From: Microgenomates group bacterium GW2011_GWC1_46_15
GTDB lineage: Bacteria; Patescibacteriota; Microgenomatia; UBA1400; UBA12028
Reading direction: 5' to 3'
Assembly (NCBI GenBank): GCA_001002285.1
Contig: LCLX01000005.1
Location: 1-50,493 of the forward strand
DNA length: 50,493 bases
Shown: positions 47,259-50,493 of the stretch, one piece after another
Layout of the letters: the number at the start of each line of letters is the position of its first letter
Position numbering within the stretch: position 1 is the stretch's first letter
Program-made: the position numbers and the translations under genes
Notes under the pieces: model-generated
Told to the model about the DNA's origin: nothing
What the model saw: the letters and a program-made list of their open reading frames with translations, nothing else
Databases searched by the model: none

Positions 47259-47576
47259 ATGAAATACGCCGTTATTCTTTTCCAGGGCAAACAGTACCGT
47301 GTTGAGGAAGGCATGAGCCTGACACTCGACCGCGTAGCCGAGGAAGAGAAGAAATCATTGACGCTCAAAGATGTGTTGCTTTTTGTTGATGGCGATACCG
47401 TAAAGATTGGCGCGCCGTATGTTGACGGTGCAACAGTCAAGGCAACAGTGCTTTCTCATGGCCGTGGTGAAAAAATCCGCGTTGCAACATTTAAAGCAAA
47501 ATCAAAAGAACGCAAAACGATTGGACACCGCCAGGCAGAAACAGTGCTCAAGATTGATACGATCTCTGCAAAATAA
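47259..47576 (+). CDS. rplU: 50S ribosomal protein L21
   Basis: 'YAVI..GKQYRV.EG', 'IGAPYV', 'GHRQ'. Promoter TTGAAT-17-TACAAT (47222-50). Confidence 0.96.
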   Translation: MKYAVILFQGKQYRVEEGMSLTLDRVAEEEKKSLTLKDVLLFVDGDTVKIGAPYVDGATVKATVLSHGRGEKIRVATFKAKSKERKTIGHRQAETVLKIDTISAK

Positions 47577-47615
47577 CCGTGAAAGATGAACCGTGCATAA
47601 CGGAAATACCCTGCC

Positions 47616-48767
47616 ATGAACTACCTTTTTTTCCTTGGACGAGTGCGCGACATTTCCCTAGCTGAGCTGGATGTTGTTTTGCGCCGTTTTCATGCAACAC
47701 AGCCACCTGAAGAGGTCATTCCAGGCATTGTGCGGGCAGATGTTGATGCTTCTGCCGATGAGTTAATGTCAATCTTGGGCGGAACGATAAAGATTGCCGA
47801 AGTACTCGAGATTTCCGCGAGCACGATCACGGCCGATTTACAGGAACGGGTAGTTGAAGTGTTGGCCGGATTTGGCACACAGGGTGAAAAGTTGGTGTTT
47901 TCGCTTGCCGAGTTAGGCCGAGGGTCAAGTGATCATATTGGAGCCGACGAAGTCAAGGATGCGCTACGGGAAAAACTTCAGGCAAACATCCGGTACATCG
48001 AGTCTCCACAGGAAGGTCTGGGGGCGGCTCAGCTCACACACCACAAAATTCATGAAATATATGTAATTCAACAGGGCGAGGTGACATTAATCGCAAAAAT
48101 CATGGCGGCGCAGGATATTGACGCCTGGGGGAAACGCGATTTTGGCAAGCCGTACCGCGATCCAAAAAAAGGCATGCTTCCGCCAAAACTCGCGCGTATG
48201 ATGGTCAACTTGGCAGTTCAAGACAGTGATCCGGCAAAAATGACGATCTTTGATCCGTTTTGCGGTTCCGGAACGGTCCTCATGGAAGCACTGCTCATGG
48301 GATGTGCGGTGATTGGATCGGATATTGATAAGGATGCGGTGCACGGAACGGGAGCAAATCTGGCATGGTTTTCTAAGGCCTTTAATACAGCGCCGGCAGA
48401 TGCGCTGGGCGTGCAGGATGCGACAAACATCATGTTGGCAGATATCAAAAAACAGGTTGATTGTATTGTGACAGAGCCATTTTTAGGCCGGCCAAATCCA
48501 ACATTGGCTCAACTTCCCAATGTGATGAAGGGATTGGAAAAAATGTACCTAGGCGTATTTAAATCGTTCCGATCACTCTTAAAACCAGGGGGACGGATAA
48601 GTGTTGTGATTCCGGCATTTGCCGTTGGTGAAAGCGTGAAAACTCTGAATTCTCTCATTGACAGGCTGGAAACGCTTGGCTATACTCGTGAAAAGGGTCC
48701 ATTCACATATACGCGGCCGCAAACAACGGTTCAGCGTCAAATATTTGTTTATCGAGTAAAAGGATAA
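47616..48767 (+). CDS. Trm11/UPF0020-like SAM-dependent RNA methyltransferase
   Basis: 'GGTIKIA', 'GMLPPKLARMMVNL', 'DPFCGSGTVLMEA', 'GSDI', 'DA', 'IVTEPFLG'. Confidence 0.8.
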   Translation: MNYLFFLGRVRDISLAELDVVLRRFHATQPPEEVIPGIVRADVDASADELMSILGGTIKIAEVLEISASTITADLQERVVEVLAGFGTQGEKLVFSLAELGRGSSDHIGADEVKDALREKLQANIRYIESPQEGLGAAQLTHHKIHEIYVIQQGEVTLIAKIMAAQDIDAWGKRDFGKPYRDPKKGMLPPKLARMMVNLAVQDSDPAKMTIFDPFCGSGTVLMEALLMGCAVIGSDIDKDAVHGTGANLAWFSKAFNTAPADALGVQDATNIMLADIKKQVDCIVTEPFLGRPNPTLAQLPNVMKGLEKMYLGVFKSFRSLLKPGGRISVVIPAFAVGESVKTLNSLIDRLETLGYTREKGPFTYTRPQTTVQRQIFVYRVKG

Positions 48768-48776
48768 AGAAAAACT

Positions 48777-49028
48777 ATGGCACACGTTAAATCAGGTGGC
48801 GCGACACGTCAAGCTTCTAAGCGACCAGGCAAGCGCCGTGGTCTCAAAAAAGCTGGTGGAGAAAAAATTACGACTGGTCAAATCATCATTCGACAAAAAG
48901 GTATGGTGTATAAGGCTGGAAAAAATGTCGGCATCGGTCGCGATCACACATTGTTTGCTCTCACAAACGGTTTAGTCCAGTTTGGCAAGCGATTTGGTAA
49001 AACCGTCGTACATGTGTTGTCTACGTAA
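48777..49028 (+). CDS. rpmA: 50S ribosomal protein L27
   Basis: 'MAHVKSGG', 'KRRGLKK.GG', 'IIIRQKG', 'NVG.GRDHTLFAL'. Confidence 0.96.
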   Translation: MAHVKSGGATRQASKRPGKRRGLKKAGGEKITTGQIIIRQKGMVYKAGKNVGIGRDHTLFALTNGLVQFGKRFGKTVVHVLST

Positions 49029-49073
49029 ACTGCCGATGCGTGTACACATCAGCCTGTCCCAGAAAAGGCGCGT

Positions 49074-49904
49074 ATGCAGACCAGTCAGCAGGTTCAACAG
49101 ATCCAGCAGATCCCAATTGACAATCTTCAACCGAATCCGCTTCAACCGCGGGGCGTTATTCATCCAGAGTCCGTTGCGGATCTCGTTGTTTCTATTAAAA
49201 AGCATGGAGTTCTTGAGCCGTTGGTGATTGCCCACACTCCCGCCGGGTACCAAATTATCGCGGGTGAGCGCCGGTGGCGCGCTTCCAAGTTGGCGGGTCT
49301 TTCGCACGTGCCGGTGATTGTCAAAGAAACAACCCCACTTGGCATGCTCGAAATGGCAATTATCGAGAACGTTCAGCGCGTTGATTTAAACGCGATTGAT
49401 CGTGCAAAAGCATTTGAGAAACTATTGTCTGATTTTCGACTAAGTTCAAGTGAAATTTCCGAGCGCATTGGAAAGTCTGCAGCGTATGTTTCCAACTCTC
49501 TGCGTTTGTTAAAGCTGCCGGAAGCGCTGATTGACGGATTATTGAGTGGTTCGATCACCGAAGGCCACGCCCGTGCGCTTGCCGCGATTGATGATGCTCG
49601 CCTCATGGTGGAGGCCTACAAAATCATCATGAAAGAGAATGGATCGGTCCGCCGTGCCGAAGATTTGGCCCGCCGCATGAAAGTGCAGTCCGGCCAACCG
49701 CTTGCCTCAAATCCTGGCCACCGGCCGTATATGGTGAGTAAGGAAATTGATGAATGGATACAAAAATTACAGAAGGCGTTTGGCGATAACTCGAAGGTCA
49801 AACTCACGCGGTCTAAGCGTGAAACAAAAGTGGTGATCGCGCTCAAAGGTGATCCAGAAAAAACGCAGAAACAGTTGGAAAAAATATTAAAAATAACAGA
49901 GTAA
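49074..49904 (+). CDS. parB: ParB/Spo0J chromosome partitioning protein
   Basis: 'PNPLQPR', 'SIKKHGVLEP', 'IIAGERRWRA', 'ENVQR.DLN', HTH 'GKS.AYVSNSLRLLKLP', 'EGHARAL'. Confidence 0.93.
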   Translation: MQTSQQVQQIQQIPIDNLQPNPLQPRGVIHPESVADLVVSIKKHGVLEPLVIAHTPAGYQIIAGERRWRASKLAGLSHVPVIVKETTPLGMLEMAIIENVQRVDLNAIDRAKAFEKLLSDFRLSSSEISERIGKSAAYVSNSLRLLKLPEALIDGLLSGSITEGHARALAAIDDARLMVEAYKIIMKENGSVRRAEDLARRMKVQSGQPLASNPGHRPYMVSKEIDEWIQKLQKAFGDNSKVKLTRSKRETKVVIALKGDPEKTQKQLEKILKITE

Positions 49905-49924
49905 AAAATAAAAAAGGAGGAAAT

Positions 49925-50278
49925 ATGGCAGTACTACTGGATGCGCGGGAAAGAACAATCACGGAAGGAACGTCTTTTCGTGACATTTTATCTTTTCTAT
50001 TAGGACCTGGAGAACTACAAGAAGTGTGAGATCCAAAAAGTGGGGAAACACACATACGACTTTTCCATACTTTAGGTGTGATTGAAGAAGCCATTTCTAA
50101 CGGAAGAATTCGTGTTTCTCAATTTGATATGGTTTTCAATGCCCTTGTATCCGCTGCACAAACGGACACGTTTTTTGAATCCCGTGAAGTAGTAATTTCA
50201 TTGACTACAAGGTTAAAAGAATATATGGATGGTTATCGTGCGGGAGAAAAAGCTATTTTAAGTGCTGTTACGTATTAA
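49925..50278 (+). pseudogene. Orphan gene with one in-frame TGA (117 codons if read through)
   Basis: SD AGGAGG and ATG 49925 give MAVLLDARERTITEGTSFRDILSFLLGPGELQEV, then TGA (50027-29), then DPKSGETHIRLFHTLG, continuing in frame into ORF 50078-50278. Confidence 0.7.
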
Positions 50279-50303
50279 AAACTAAGTTTTAAAAGGAGGA
50301 AAT

Positions 50304-50396
50304 ATGTCGGTAAGACCAGTAGATACCCGAGAAGTAACGATAATGGAAGGAATGTCTTTACGCGATATGTTGTCTGCAATAAACGGATTATCCGAA
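50304..50396 (+). pseudogene. Paralog of the 49925 gene, interrupted by the IS
   Basis: Same AAAAGGAGGAAATATG start. MSVRPVDTREVTIMEGMSLRDMLSAI aligns with MAVLLDARERTITEGTSFRDILSFL. Runs into the IS end after 31 codons. Confidence 0.7.
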
Positions 50397-50493
50397 GGGG
50401 CTAGTAAACTTAAAGCGGACTTTCTCTCAGCTTTTTAAGCATTACTTTGTACATTTGTTTCCGATAATTCCATCTGAACTCAGATTCCTTCAA
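50397..50493 (-). mobile_element. 3' end of the same IS1595-family (IS1016-group) element, inverted copy
   Basis: Begins GGGGCTAGTAAACTTA; exact reverse complement of bases 2-98. Confidence 0.85.

Noticed and set aside
50027-50029. TGA recoding (genetic code 25, or selenocysteine)
   Set aside because: TGA is the true stop of conserved genes here (glyQS, ileS, murE, ftsW) and no core gene has an internal TGA. No SECIS-like hairpin is evident.
1-50493. Terminal inverted repeats of a linear plasmid, phage or composite transposon
   Set aside because: The repeat encodes a transposase C-terminus that runs off both ends, and the interior is essential chromosomal genes. A contig broken at two IS copies is simpler.
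1-50493. CRISPR arrays, tRNA/rRNA genes, integron attC arrays, DGR template/variable repeats
   Set aside because: None seen by eye. Intergenic space is small and mostly explained; no cas, integrase or reverse transcriptase ORF is present.

Overview
A 50.5-kb bacterial chromosomal segment in standard genetic code. Gene content points to Patescibacteria/CPR, probably Microgenomates (inferred from the DUF4012 glycosylation locus, alpha2 GlyRS, type-2 IleRS and reduced dcw cluster). In order it holds: a truncated SAM methyltransferase; a ~17-kb surface-glycan locus (GT-C/PMT-like, GT4, GT2, acyltransferase, O-antigen-ligase-like, manC, priming sugar transferase, DUF4012); recO-glyQS; a dcw cluster from mraZ to ftsZ with a signal peptidase-CAP fusion, yvcK, an N-terminal-only glmU and pgeF inserted; ileS, an MFS transporter, a lipoprotein, rodA; rplU-methyltransferase-rpmA; parB; and decaying orphan genes. 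Both ends of the window are the same 98-bp end of an IS1595-family (IS1016-group) element in inverted orientation, and each copy interrupts a gene. The main non-coding result is two promoter-bounded, terminator-type T-box riboswitches (glyQS, ileS). Each has an ultrashort Stem I with an 8-nt apical loop showing the cognate codon (GGC, ATC) at loop positions 4-6, and the glycine one also appears to lack Stem II. Also present are a 161-bp hairpin-forming MITE-like element and many leaderless-type promoters. All calls come from reading motifs by eye; no searches or folding programs were run.
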